This document shows, piece after piece, positions 52,906-64,000 of a stretch of 64,000 nt of DNA. The notes beneath the pieces are model-generated. The model was given only the letters and a program-made list of their open reading frames with translations. It did not search any database and was not told the origin of the DNA. Each line of letters opens with the position of its first letter. Position 1 is the stretch's first letter. A program made the position numbers and the translations under genes. This DNA comes from Candidatus Dormiibacterota bacterium (lineage in GTDB: Bacteria > Chloroflexota > Dormibacteria > Aeolococcales > Aeolococcaceae): assembly GCA_963709585.1 (NCBI GenBank), contig CAVPXI010000021.1, forward strand, positions 77,735 through 141,734, in the 5' to 3' direction.

Positions 52906-53034
52906 GTCGTCGCAGCCCGGTGGGTCACCGCTCCGACCCTCCATCACCGGCGCGACTGGGTGAGCCCTGAGCCACCCCCACCCGCTTGATTGTCACGACG
53001 ACATCGTGCAAGTGGAAACGTGGACTCGCTCCGG

Positions 53035-53080
53035 AAATGAGCACCGATAAATGAGTACCGGATAGGCAGTTTCGCCGATG
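53035..53080 (+). promoter_or_regulatory. Triple-heptamer motif, copy C
   Basis: AAATGAGCACCGATAAATGAGTACCGGATAGGCAGTTTCGCCGATG. Confidence 0.65.
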
Positions 53081-53114
53081 CCTGGCCGCCATCAGAGCCG
53101 CTTGAACTCACGCC

Positions 53115-53235
53115 ATGAACTTCCCGAGTTCGGCGGCACTGGGTGTGGGTGCTCGGCGTGGCGTTGATGGTGCTCGAGACACTTGCGTTGTGGTTCGTCT
53201 GGACTCACGCTTCCCCTCCCTTCGGCGGCCACTGA
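53115..53235 (+). CDS. Small single-TM peptide (needs a 1-nt shift after ATG, or GTG start at 53143)
   Basis: RRHWVWVLGVALMVLETLALWFVWTHASPPFGGH*. Confidence 0.4.
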
Positions 53236-53239
53236 CGAA

Positions 53240-54271
53240 CTACGTACCCGTGATCTGCGCGATCCTCGCGGATTCTGCCGTTGCTATCGCCTCCGCCACG
53301 CTCGCGGACGCCGCCGAGACGCCGCACAGGATGCCGCCTTGAAGGAACGCGACCTGCGTCCCCACACCCGTGACACACTCGAACTCGTCGGCCTTGTCGG
53401 CCGTCCCAACGGTTGGATGAGTCGACGTGCTCTGTCCCCCTGGCGGGCAGGAGGCACTCACAAATGCCGGGTAATCAGTGGCGGCAGCTGCACCGCCGCT
53501 GTCGACCACCACCGCGATAACGAGACTCACCGTGCCGTCATTTGCGATATAGGTGCGCATATCGGTACCCGCGAGACCGCCCATCTCCGCGTCGGTGAAA
53601 CTGCTGACCGGGACCGCGCCGTGGACAGCACTCGAAGCGTCGGTGGCGTTCAGCAGCAGCGGGGTGACGGACGAATCCACGCCCGGTGCCGGGGGCACGG
53701 GAGACGGCGCCGCGCCGCCGGTCACGTACTGGACGGTGATCTCCGTGGTCGCGCCTGCGGCCACGAAGGTCACCTCGAACTGTGCAGATGACCCTTTCCT
53801 GCTGAACTGCCAGGTGTCGCCGCTCGCCGCCTGAGCAGGGTCGGACGCCTGCACCGTCCATCCGTTGGTGGCCAGCGCACTCTGGTAGAACGTCTCGACG
53901 TCGATCAGCGAACGAGGGTCGTCGATGACGAGTGTTTCTGCGCTCTGCCCCCCTCCACTGAGCTCAAAGTTGTCGCTCACCGATGCCGCGCCGGCTTCCG
54001 CTGGGAAGTGCCGCAGCGGACTGCTGCTGAAGCTGGTGGCAACGACAACCACGACCACGAGGACGATGATCAACGCGATCACGCCGCACCCTCCACAGCC
54101 GAAGAGCCACCAACGACGACGGCTCCGCCGCGCCGGTGGGGTCGCCGGGAACGGAGGCGGTGAAGGAGCCCAGGGGCCGGGCGATGCCGACCATTCTCCG
54201 GCTCCGCCGGCGGACGCTCCAGGAACCGCTGTTGACCGGCCCACTTGAATGGGCCATATCGGGTGGTCCAC
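53240..54271 (-). CDS. Membrane-anchored protein (Pro-rich N-terminus, GCGGCG-TM, extracellular domains)
   Basis: SD GGAGG before GTG; RRWWLFGCGGCG..TM. Confidence 0.75.
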   Translation of the reverse strand: MDHPIWPIQVGRSTAVPGASAGGAGEWSASPGPWAPSPPPFPATPPARRSRRRWWLFGCGGCGVIALIIVLVVVVVVATSFSSSPLRHFPAEAGAASVSDNFELSGGGQSAETLVIDDPRSLIDVETFYQSALATNGWTVQASDPAQAASGDTWQFSRKGSSAQFEVTFVAAGATTEITVQYVTGGAAPSPVPPAPGVDSSVTPLLLNATDASSAVHGAVPVSSFTDAEMGGLAGTDMRTYIANDGTVSLVIAVVVDSGGAAAATDYPAFVSASCPPGGQSTSTHPTVGTADKADEFECVTGVGTQVAFLQGGILCGVSAASASVAEAIATAESARIAQITGT

Positions 54272-54340
54272 GTTACGCCTCCCCGCGTGTGTGACATCAA
54301 CTGCTTCGATTCAGAAGCTAGACGCGCGGGTTGATGCCGC

Positions 54341-54386
54341 CATCCGACGAAAGGCTCATGTGAGTACTCATTTTTGGTACTCATTT
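54341..54386 (-). promoter_or_regulatory. Triple-heptamer motif, copy D
   Basis: Minus strand AAATGAGTACCAAAAATGAGTACTCACATGAGCCTTTCGTCGGATG. Confidence 0.7.
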
Positions 54387-54417
54387 CGGTGATTGACCGG
54401 CTGTAGACTGCGAGCTT

Positions 54418-56088
54418 GTGAAGGGCTGGGCATCGACCCGAGGGCAGCTCGCCGGGACGCTCGCATTTGCTGTCGTTGTCACCGGCGGCCTCGCCGCCGC
54501 GACCAGGTTCGCCGGCACGGCCGGTCCGTGCGAGCAAGTCCTGATCGCCTCATCCCAGGAGAAGGCGAGCATGTTGCAGGGCTTCGCCGTCTCTTATGAC
54601 GCTGGGCGGCCGCGCGTCGACGGACAGTGCGTGAGCGTGAGCGTCGAGAAGGTCGACTCAGGTGACGCCGAGCTCGCCCTGGCGAACGGTTGGGCCGGGT
54701 CGACGCGACCGGAGGTCTGGTCACCCGCCAGCTCGGCCTGGGTCAACCTGCTCAAGGCGCAAGCGCCCGCGGTGGCTGCACGACTGCTGCCGGTGAGCAT
54801 CGTCAGCCTCTTCCAGTCACCGCTTGTGATCGGGATGCCTGAGCCGATGGCAATGGCACTGCACTACACCACAACGCCGATCGGGTGGGCGCAGATTCTC
54901 CAGCTGGCACAGAACCCGCGTGGCTGGGCGGTCTACGGTAAGCCAGAGTGGGGCAAGTTCAAGCTGGGCAAGACCAACCCGACGATCTCCACGTCCGGAC
55001 TGCATGCCCTGATCGGTGCTTATTACGCTGCCCCCGGTGACGGTGCCCTCAGCGTCGACACGGTCTCGTCGGCTCCGGTCAAGGCTTTCATCCGCGCGAT
55101 CGAGGAAAGCGTCGTTCACTACGGTGAGACAGCTACCGATTTTCTGCAGCACCTTCGCTACACCGACCTTCAAGGACCGGACGCCCCGCTGGGCTACATC
55201 TCAGCCATCGCGGTTGAGGAGCAGGAGCTGGCGGATTACAACGCCGGTCTCGTGGGCGGCATTCAGTACTCCCCCCCGCGGGTCAAGCTGGTCGCCATCT
55301 ATCCGTCGGAGGGAACTCCTGTTGCCGACCATCCCTATGTCGTCCTGGGCTGGTCAAGCGACGGACAGAAGGCGGCAGCGCTCGATTTCGAGAACTTCAT
55401 TGAACGACAGGTGACCAGCATCGAGGCGCGTCACTTCAGGTTCGGTAACGTTGCCACCCCGGCGCTCGCCTCGTTGGTGTACCCGGATGGACACCTCCCA
55501 GCTCTCGTTCGGTTGGAGTCGCCTGCCGGCCCTGTTCTACAGGCCATGCTCCGGGGCTGGAAACAGGTGCGTAAGGCTGCGCGAGTGCTGTTCCTGATCG
55601 ATACTGCAGTCGCCCCCGGCGCACTCAGCGATGCGACCCGGGACCTGGCCGGAGCCGCCTCGGCTTTCTCATCTCAGGACAAGGTTGGCGTCTGGACCTT
55701 CCCTTCCCCCGGAGAGGGGACGGCATCGCACACCGTTTTGCGCGACGTCACCGAGTACTCGGGATCGCTGGGTGTCACCCTGGCCCGCATTAGACCCGTG
55801 ACGGGTCATTCCGAGCTTGAAGGCGCGCTCTACGATGCGGTGACGGAGATGGTCGCGAATTACGACCCGACTGCGATCAATGCCGTGGTCGTGCTCGAGC
55901 TCTCCCCCGGGAATCAGGCGGCAAGTGCGGACACGGGATTTTTGACCAGTAAAGCGCCGTTTGTGCGGGTGTTCACGGTCGGCCCGGCCAGCGACCTGCT
56001 CAGGGCGATCGCGACCCTCGCCGGCGGGACGTTCTACGAACCGGGGGCGGCGAGCCATTTCCTCAACGACGCGATCTCCAACTTCTGA
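54418..56088 (+). CDS. Exported solute-binding domain plus degenerate vWA domain protein
   Basis: SSQEKA, VWSPASSAW, QSPLVIGMP, KTNPTISTSGL, YPSEGT..ADHP; C-terminal vWA-like VLFLID...LYDAV..NAVVVL..VRVFTVG. Confidence 0.8.
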   Translation: MKGWASTRGQLAGTLAFAVVVTGGLAAATRFAGTAGPCEQVLIASSQEKASMLQGFAVSYDAGRPRVDGQCVSVSVEKVDSGDAELALANGWAGSTRPEVWSPASSAWVNLLKAQAPAVAARLLPVSIVSLFQSPLVIGMPEPMAMALHYTTTPIGWAQILQLAQNPRGWAVYGKPEWGKFKLGKTNPTISTSGLHALIGAYYAAPGDGALSVDTVSSAPVKAFIRAIEESVVHYGETATDFLQHLRYTDLQGPDAPLGYISAIAVEEQELADYNAGLVGGIQYSPPRVKLVAIYPSEGTPVADHPYVVLGWSSDGQKAAALDFENFIERQVTSIEARHFRFGNVATPALASLVYPDGHLPALVRLESPAGPVLQAMLRGWKQVRKAARVLFLIDTAVAPGALSDATRDLAGAASAFSSQDKVGVWTFPSPGEGTASHTVLRDVTEYSGSLGVTLARIRPVTGHSELEGALYDAVTEMVANYDPTAINAVVVLELSPGNQAASADTGFLTSKAPFVRVFTVGPASDLLRAIATLAGGTFYEPGAASHFLNDAISNF

Positions 56089-56519
56089 TGTCGCCACCGC
56101 CGGCGCTTCGCCACATCGCCGTTGCCGCAATCGCAGCGGCCACGGTGTTGGCAAACCTCGCGCTCGGCGTGGCCTGGTTGGTTGCGTTGCTGGCGGGCGC
56201 GTTGGTCATGCTGTTTGGTGAGCTGTCGCCGCGACTGTGGCGTGCGCGCCCGCCGGCAGCCATCCACGCCCCCACATCGGTTGCGGAACTCGGACGTCCT
56301 GGGGCCTACCCGTTGACCCGGAAGGAGGTCGAGGTAGCCATCCTGGTCGCGCAGGGCAAGACCAACAAGGAGATCGCAAGCCGGCTGTTCAATTCGGAAC
56401 GCACTATCGATAACCACGTTCAGCACATCTACAACAAGCTGACCATCGATTCTCGTGCTGAACTGGCGCTCTGGGTGCAGGAGCGTGGATTGCTGACTCC
56501 TGTGATCGGAGCGAAGTAG
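56088..56519 (+). CDS. Membrane-anchored LuxR-family HTH regulator
   Basis: N-terminal hydrophobic helices; LTRKEVEVA.LVAQG.TNKEIASRLF.SERTIDNHV.HIY.KL. Confidence 0.9.
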   Translation: MSPPPALRHIAVAAIAAATVLANLALGVAWLVALLAGALVMLFGELSPRLWRARPPAAIHAPTSVAELGRPGAYPLTRKEVEVAILVAQGKTNKEIASRLFNSERTIDNHVQHIYNKLTIDSRAELALWVQERGLLTPVIGAK

Positions 56520-56526
56520 GCGAGGC

Positions 56527-56547
56527 CGAACATACGTTTGCTATGCT
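56527..56547 (+). promoter_or_regulatory. LexA box overlapping the extended -10 of uvrA
   Basis: CGAACATACGTTTG-C-TATGCT. Confidence 0.8.
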
Positions 56548-56634
56548 CTGACGCCATGGTCCGCGTCCGGCATCCTCACCCGCCCCCATGGCGCAGGTTG
56601 GTCATCGACACCACTTGGGTACGCTAGACGGTCA

Positions 56635-59554
<2,920 letters not shown>

Positions 59555-59598
59555 TGCGCACCCGCAACTCACTGTGGGTGCGCTAACGTGGTGCCACG

Positions 59599-59892
59599 AT
59601 GACCTCCATGGACGGCGAGGACAGACGCCTTCGGCTCCGGCGTCTCGACGACTGCCTCGACGTGCTCGAGCAGGCGCATGAGCTCAACCTGACCGAGGTC
59701 AGCGAGCGCATGGCCGAGGCGTTGAGCGAACGGGTTCCGACCGTCCATACCGGGATGCTCATCGCCGACGCAATCGAAGAGGTGTTGCGTCAGCAGGAGC
59801 CGTACATGGTGCAGATCCGCCCCGAGGTTTCACGCAGGGTTCGCCGCCGCCGCGACCCATTCGACGTGAGGCTGCTGCTCCAACGCCGCTGA
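59599..59892 (+). CDS. Small hypothetical helical protein (similar to 13971..14495)
   Basis: RLRRLDDCLDVLEQAH...IADAIEEVLRQQE. Confidence 0.65.
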   Translation: MTSMDGEDRRLRLRRLDDCLDVLEQAHELNLTEVSERMAEALSERVPTVHTGMLIADAIEEVLRQQEPYMVQIRPEVSRRVRRRRDPFDVRLLLQRR

Positions 59893-59938
59893 CCCTGAAG
59901 CTTTCGGCGGACCGTCCGCAGGTACACTCGGTGACCAC

Positions 59939-62900
59939 ATGAGTGCCTTCGGCTTCGATCCAGAGCAGATTTTTGCTCGACGGCGCTCCCGTCCACGGAT
60001 CGTTCGTCCGCCAGGTCAGCTCCGGCGCCGGATCATCATCGGCGGCGTCATCGCGGTCATCATCGTGCTGCTCATCGTCGCCCGATGGCTGCTGGGACTG
60101 CGCGCTGAGTACCTCTATTACGCGAGCGTCCACCACACCAACGTCTTCTGGACGCCGCTGATCGCGCACATCATCCTCTTCTTTGTCGGGTTCGCGATCA
60201 TCGCCGTGATCTTCGGCGCGGCCGTCGTCGGCTGTTCGATGGCGGCGGCGAATCTCGACCGGCGCGGGCGCCGCATCGTGTTGTGGTCCGGCGCGGTGAT
60301 CGCCGTCATCGCCGGCATCGCGGGCGGATCGACGCTCTCCGGCGAGTGGCAGGACATCCTGCTCTGGCTCCACTCGGTGCCGTTCGGGGCCACCGACCCG
60401 GTCTTCCACGCCGACTACTCCTTCTTCGTCTTCACCCTCCCGGCGATCGACGACCTCATGGGGCTGCTCTGGGGCGGCGTGATCCTCGGGATGCTCGCCG
60501 CGATCGCGGTCGCGGTCGTCTCGATCACGGTGATGAACGCCCCGGAGGAGCTGCCCCTGCCGCTCGAGCCGCCGGCCGGTCGCTCGCCCGAGGACGCGCT
60601 CCGCGCCGCCATCATCACCGGCGGCATCGGGCTCGCCGCCATCTTCGTCCTTGCCGCCTTCGGCGCCCACTTCGGCGTCTACCACCTGGCCACGAGCACC
60701 CATGCCACCGGCAATGGGAGCAGCGGAACGCCCTACGTGGGGCTCGATGCGACCCAGCGCGCGGTGATCCAGCCGGTCCTCGGGTTCCTCCAGGTCCTCG
60801 CTGCCGTCCTGGCGGTGGTGACGCTGGTGCTCGTGGCGATCCGCTGGCGGCGGGCGTCGACGGGGACCGCGATCGCGTTCGGCGCGATGCTCGGCGGCTG
60901 GCTGCTCGTCGCCGGGCTGACCCAGGGCATTCCCGCGGCCGTGTACCAGGGAGCCAGCGTCGGGCCCAACGAGCAGACCGCGCAAACGCCGACGATCGGC
61001 GACTACCTCACGACCAGCCGGTACGCCTGGGCGATCCAGAGCACGGGTACGACTCCGCAGGTGCAGAGCGGGAGCTTCGGGACGCCGCACGCCCCGACGC
61101 TCAGCGATCTCGAATCCGACCTCGGCACGCTCCAGAACGTCCGCATCCAGGACCCGACGCAGCTGCCCGACACGCTGGCGCAGATCGACCGGAGCCGCAG
61201 CTACCAGACGTACTCGACGATCTCGGTGGATCGCTATCCCAACCCGAACACCGGGGGCGACACCGAGGTGATGCTCGGACCGCGCGAGATCGCCGAGGCG
61301 GACGTCCCCAACGCGTCCTTCGTCAACACCTCGCTGACCTACACGCACGGCTACGGCGTGACCGCGGTCTCGGTGAACGCGGTCGCCGGTGAGGGCAAAC
61401 CGCAGGTCCTCGTCGGGCAGCAGCCGATGACCCAGGTCACCCCGGGCTCGCCACCCGACCTCTCGTTCGGCAACAACCCGGCCCCTGATCCGGCCATCTA
61501 TTGCGGCCTGGACACGACCCAGAGCGTCATCTCCGGCACCACCCAGCCGGAGTTCAACTATCCGTCGGGGAGCGGTGACAACCAGGTCCATGGCACCACC
61601 GCCGAGGACGGGATCCCGATCACCAACCCGATCGACAAGCTCGCGCTGTCGCTCGAGGATTTCGGCGGATTCAACCTCTTCCTCAACAACTCGCTGACCC
61701 CCAGCAGCCGCGCGCTCGTCAACCGCCAGATCTCGACCCGCATCACCTCGCTGGCGCCGTTCCTCACCGTTGACGGGGATCCGTACATCGTGGTCGACCC
61801 GCAGACCGGTCACCTGATGTGGATCGCCGACGCGTACGTCAAGACCTCGCTCTTCCCCGAGGCGTACCAGCAGACCGACGGCACCTCGTACATGCGCAAC
61901 GCCGTCAAGGCGGTGATCGACGCCAAGACCTGCCAGATCACGCTGTATGCGGTAAACCTGAACGAGCCGATCACGGCGGCGTGGAACGCGATCTACCCCG
62001 GGTTGCTCACCCCGCTCAGCGACATCTCGACGTACCTGCGCTCGCATCTTCGTTACCCGGAAGACCTGTTCAACGACCAGGCGCAGGCATACGCGCAGGT
62101 GCACATCACCAGCCCGACGGTCTTCTACAACGGCAGCGACCTGTTCAACATCGCGCAGCAGACCCTCAACGGGACCAACCAGGCCACCACCGCGTACTAC
62201 GTCGAGGCAACGCTGCCGGACACGAGCAGCCCACAGTTCGTGCTGCTGCAGACATTTTCTCCGGGAGCCAGCGGGGGAGGCGCCACCGCGAACAACATGA
62301 CGGCCTGGCTCGCGGCCGAGTGCGACTACACGAGCACCAATGACCCGCAACTCGTCTCGGTGCGTCTCAACAACGCTGACAACGTGCTCGGGCCGCTGCA
62401 GTTCGACAACAACATCAACACCAACCAGGTGATCAGCTCGGAGATCAGCCTGCTCGATCAGCACGGGTCGACGGTCACCCTCGGCAACGTGATCATCCTG
62501 CCGTTCAACAACAACTCGTTCCTCTACGTGCGGCCGATGTACGTCACCGCCGGCGCCAACGGCGGTACCGCGTTCCCGCAGCTGCAGTACGTGATCGTCG
62601 GCGACCAGAGCAACGTGCAGCAGGGCACGTCGTTCGCCGCCGCAGTTGCGAATCTGCTCAACAACGGCAACCCGGTCCAAGGCCTGCCGCTCCCGACGGG
62701 AACGGGCACCACGTCACCGTCGCCATCACCGTCGACATCGCCGTCACCGTCGCCGAGCCCCGGGACATCGCCGACGCCGACGAGCATCCCGACCGGCACG
62801 ATCCAGCAGCAGATCCTCGCGCTCGACAGCAAGCTCATCACCGACAACGCGGCGGCCCAGACAGCGCTCATGGCCGGCAACTACACCGCCTACGGCGCCG

Positions 62901-62980
62901 ATGAGGCCAAGGTGCAGGCAGACCTCAAGGCATTGCAGGCCTTGCTCGCCCAGCAGGCGGCGGCGAGCCCGAAGCCATAG
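59939..62980 (+). CDS. UPF0182 family membrane protein
   Basis: FGATDPVF..DYSFFVF.LP, YTHGYG, APFL.VDGDPY, SYMRNAVKAVID, HLRYPEDLF. Confidence 0.93.
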   Translation: MSAFGFDPEQIFARRRSRPRIVRPPGQLRRRIIIGGVIAVIIVLLIVARWLLGLRAEYLYYASVHHTNVFWTPLIAHIILFFVGFAIIAVIFGAAVVGCSMAAANLDRRGRRIVLWSGAVIAVIAGIAGGSTLSGEWQDILLWLHSVPFGATDPVFHADYSFFVFTLPAIDDLMGLLWGGVILGMLAAIAVAVVSITVMNAPEELPLPLEPPAGRSPEDALRAAIITGGIGLAAIFVLAAFGAHFGVYHLATSTHATGNGSSGTPYVGLDATQRAVIQPVLGFLQVLAAVLAVVTLVLVAIRWRRASTGTAIAFGAMLGGWLLVAGLTQGIPAAVYQGASVGPNEQTAQTPTIGDYLTTSRYAWAIQSTGTTPQVQSGSFGTPHAPTLSDLESDLGTLQNVRIQDPTQLPDTLAQIDRSRSYQTYSTISVDRYPNPNTGGDTEVMLGPREIAEADVPNASFVNTSLTYTHGYGVTAVSVNAVAGEGKPQVLVGQQPMTQVTPGSPPDLSFGNNPAPDPAIYCGLDTTQSVISGTTQPEFNYPSGSGDNQVHGTTAEDGIPITNPIDKLALSLEDFGGFNLFLNNSLTPSSRALVNRQISTRITSLAPFLTVDGDPYIVVDPQTGHLMWIADAYVKTSLFPEAYQQTDGTSYMRNAVKAVIDAKTCQITLYAVNLNEPITAAWNAIYPGLLTPLSDISTYLRSHLRYPEDLFNDQAQAYAQVHITSPTVFYNGSDLFNIAQQTLNGTNQATTAYYVEATLPDTSSPQFVLLQTFSPGASGGGATANNMTAWLAAECDYTSTNDPQLVSVRLNNADNVLGPLQFDNNINTNQVISSEISLLDQHGSTVTLGNVIILPFNNNSFLYVRPMYVTAGANGGTAFPQLQYVIVGDQSNVQQGTSFAAAVANLLNNGNPVQGLPLPTGTGTTSPSPSPSTSPSPSPSPGTSPTPTSIPTGTIQQQILALDSKLITDNAAAQTALMAGNYTAYGADEAKVQADLKALQALLAQQAAASPKP

Positions 62981-62999
62981 CCGGGGGTCCGCGCGAACC

Positions 63000-64000
63000 A
63001 TGAGCGACGCGGTTGACATCGCACCCGGAATCCGTCAGCTCGACACGCTGCTGGGCGGCATGGATCAGCTCACCGCCGGCTTCCTCATCGACGGGCCGAT
63101 GCCCGCATTGGTCGAGACCGGATCGCAGTCGAGCGTCCCCGCCGTGCACACCGCGCTCGACGCCCTCGGACTCGGCCCGACCGACCTGCGCTGGATCATC
63201 GTCACCCACATCCACCTCGATCACGCCGGCGCCGTCGGGGACCTCGCCGCCGACTTCCCCAACGCCACCGTGATCGTGCACGAGCGCGGCGCGCGCCACC
63301 TCGTCGACCCGAGCCGGCTCATCGACAGCGCCTCGCGCGTCTACGGCCCGCTGCTCGACAGCCTCTACGGGCGCATGACCGCGGTCCCGGAGGACCGCCT
63401 CATCGCCGCGGGTGACGGGTACCGGGTCGACGTGGGCAACGGCCGCGAACTCGTGCTCGTCGATTCCCCAGGGCACGCCAAGCACCACCACGCGGTCCTG
63501 GACGAGCACACCGGGACGCTTTTGGTCGGCGACGCCGTCGGCGTGCTCCTGCCCGACCTCGGCGTCCTCCGCCCGGCGACCCCACCACCCGACTTCGACC
63601 TCGAGCAGGCGGTGCACAGCCTGCGGCGTTTCGCCGAGCTGCGCCCCGAGCGCATGGTGCTCACCCACTACGGCCCGGTCGCCGACGCGCAGGCCACCCT
63701 CGCCGAGGCCGAGGACATGCTCCACGGCTGGGTCGAGGTCGCCGAGCGCGTCATCGAGGAGTTGGCGGACGCGGGCATCGACGACGTCGCAGCGGCGCTC
63801 GCGGAGGCATTCGCGCTCGACCCGGAGACGCTGCCCGAGGCCATCCGCGAGAAGGCCGAGGTGCTCAACGGCGTGCACAGCAACGCGGCCGGCATCGTTC
63901 GCTACCTGAGTCAGCGGCAGCCGCGCCGGTCGAATGACCACGGCCGCCCGGCGGCGCGACCGGCTCATCGCCGCGGTGGTCCTGAGCGCGGTGATCGGCC
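63000..64000 (+). CDS. Metallo-beta-lactamase fold hydrolase (frame open to window end; true stop probably ~63937)
   Basis: ATG 63000; THIHLDHAG, PGHAKHH, GDA, THYG. Confidence 0.88.
   Translation, partial: MSDAVDIAPGIRQLDTLLGGMDQLTAGFLIDGPMPALVETGSQSSVPAVHTALDALGLGPTDLRWIIVTHIHLDHAGAVGDLAADFPNATVIVHERGARHLVDPSRLIDSASRVYGPLLDSLYGRMTAVPEDRLIAAGDGYRVDVGNGRELVLVDSPGHAKHHHAVLDEHTGTLLVGDAVGVLLPDLGVLRPATPPPDFDLEQAVHSLRRFAELRPERMVLTHYGPVADAQATLAEAEDMLHGWVEVAERVIEELADAGIDDVAAALAEAFALDPETLPEAIREKAEVLNGVHSNAAGIVRYLSQRQPRRSNDHGRPAARPAHRRGGPERGDR

Noticed and set aside
62700-62790. Ser/Pro/Thr repeats in UPF0182 (and in the DivIC tail)
   Set aside because: Ordinary low-complexity protein linkers

Overview
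This 64-kb window is high-GC bacterial chromosome. The gene set and order suggest a Terrabacteria lineage such as Ca. Dormibacterota or Chloroflexota (inference): Firmicutes-like pth-mfd-mazG-divIC-tilS-ftsH, rny, CIRCE/hrcA and Gram-positive LexA boxes, alongside actinobacterial-type clpS-DUF2017 and UPF0182. Most of the window is housekeeping: chelatase D/I-like, lepA, hemW, hrcA-grpE-dnaJ, mtaB, rsmE, rny, a UvrD-nuclease, a sirtuin, rpsU, ybeY, pth, mfd, mazG, two tRNA-Met, tilS, ftsH, pan/nad genes, clpS, rpsA, clpC and uvrA. Many conserved genes carry single-base frameshifts, which look like sequencing indels. The most interesting part is the accessory island between clpC and uvrA (~45.1-56.5 kb). 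(1) Four copies of a triple ATGAG(T/C)A-repeat promoter motif precede a chain of four overlapping microprotein ORFs, a TIGR04222(Cys-Gly tail)-DUF692/MNIO-partner operon and two membrane proteins, next to a solute-binding/vWA plus membrane-anchored LuxR pair. This looks like a self-contained sensor-regulator regulon. (2) A ~1.35-kb DUF222-HNH element with its own LexA box splits a helix-hairpin-helix gene into two recognisable halves, which is evidence that the element moved as a unit. Two tandem unannotated small-RNA candidates with promoter and terminator signals lie at ~39.0-39.4 kb.
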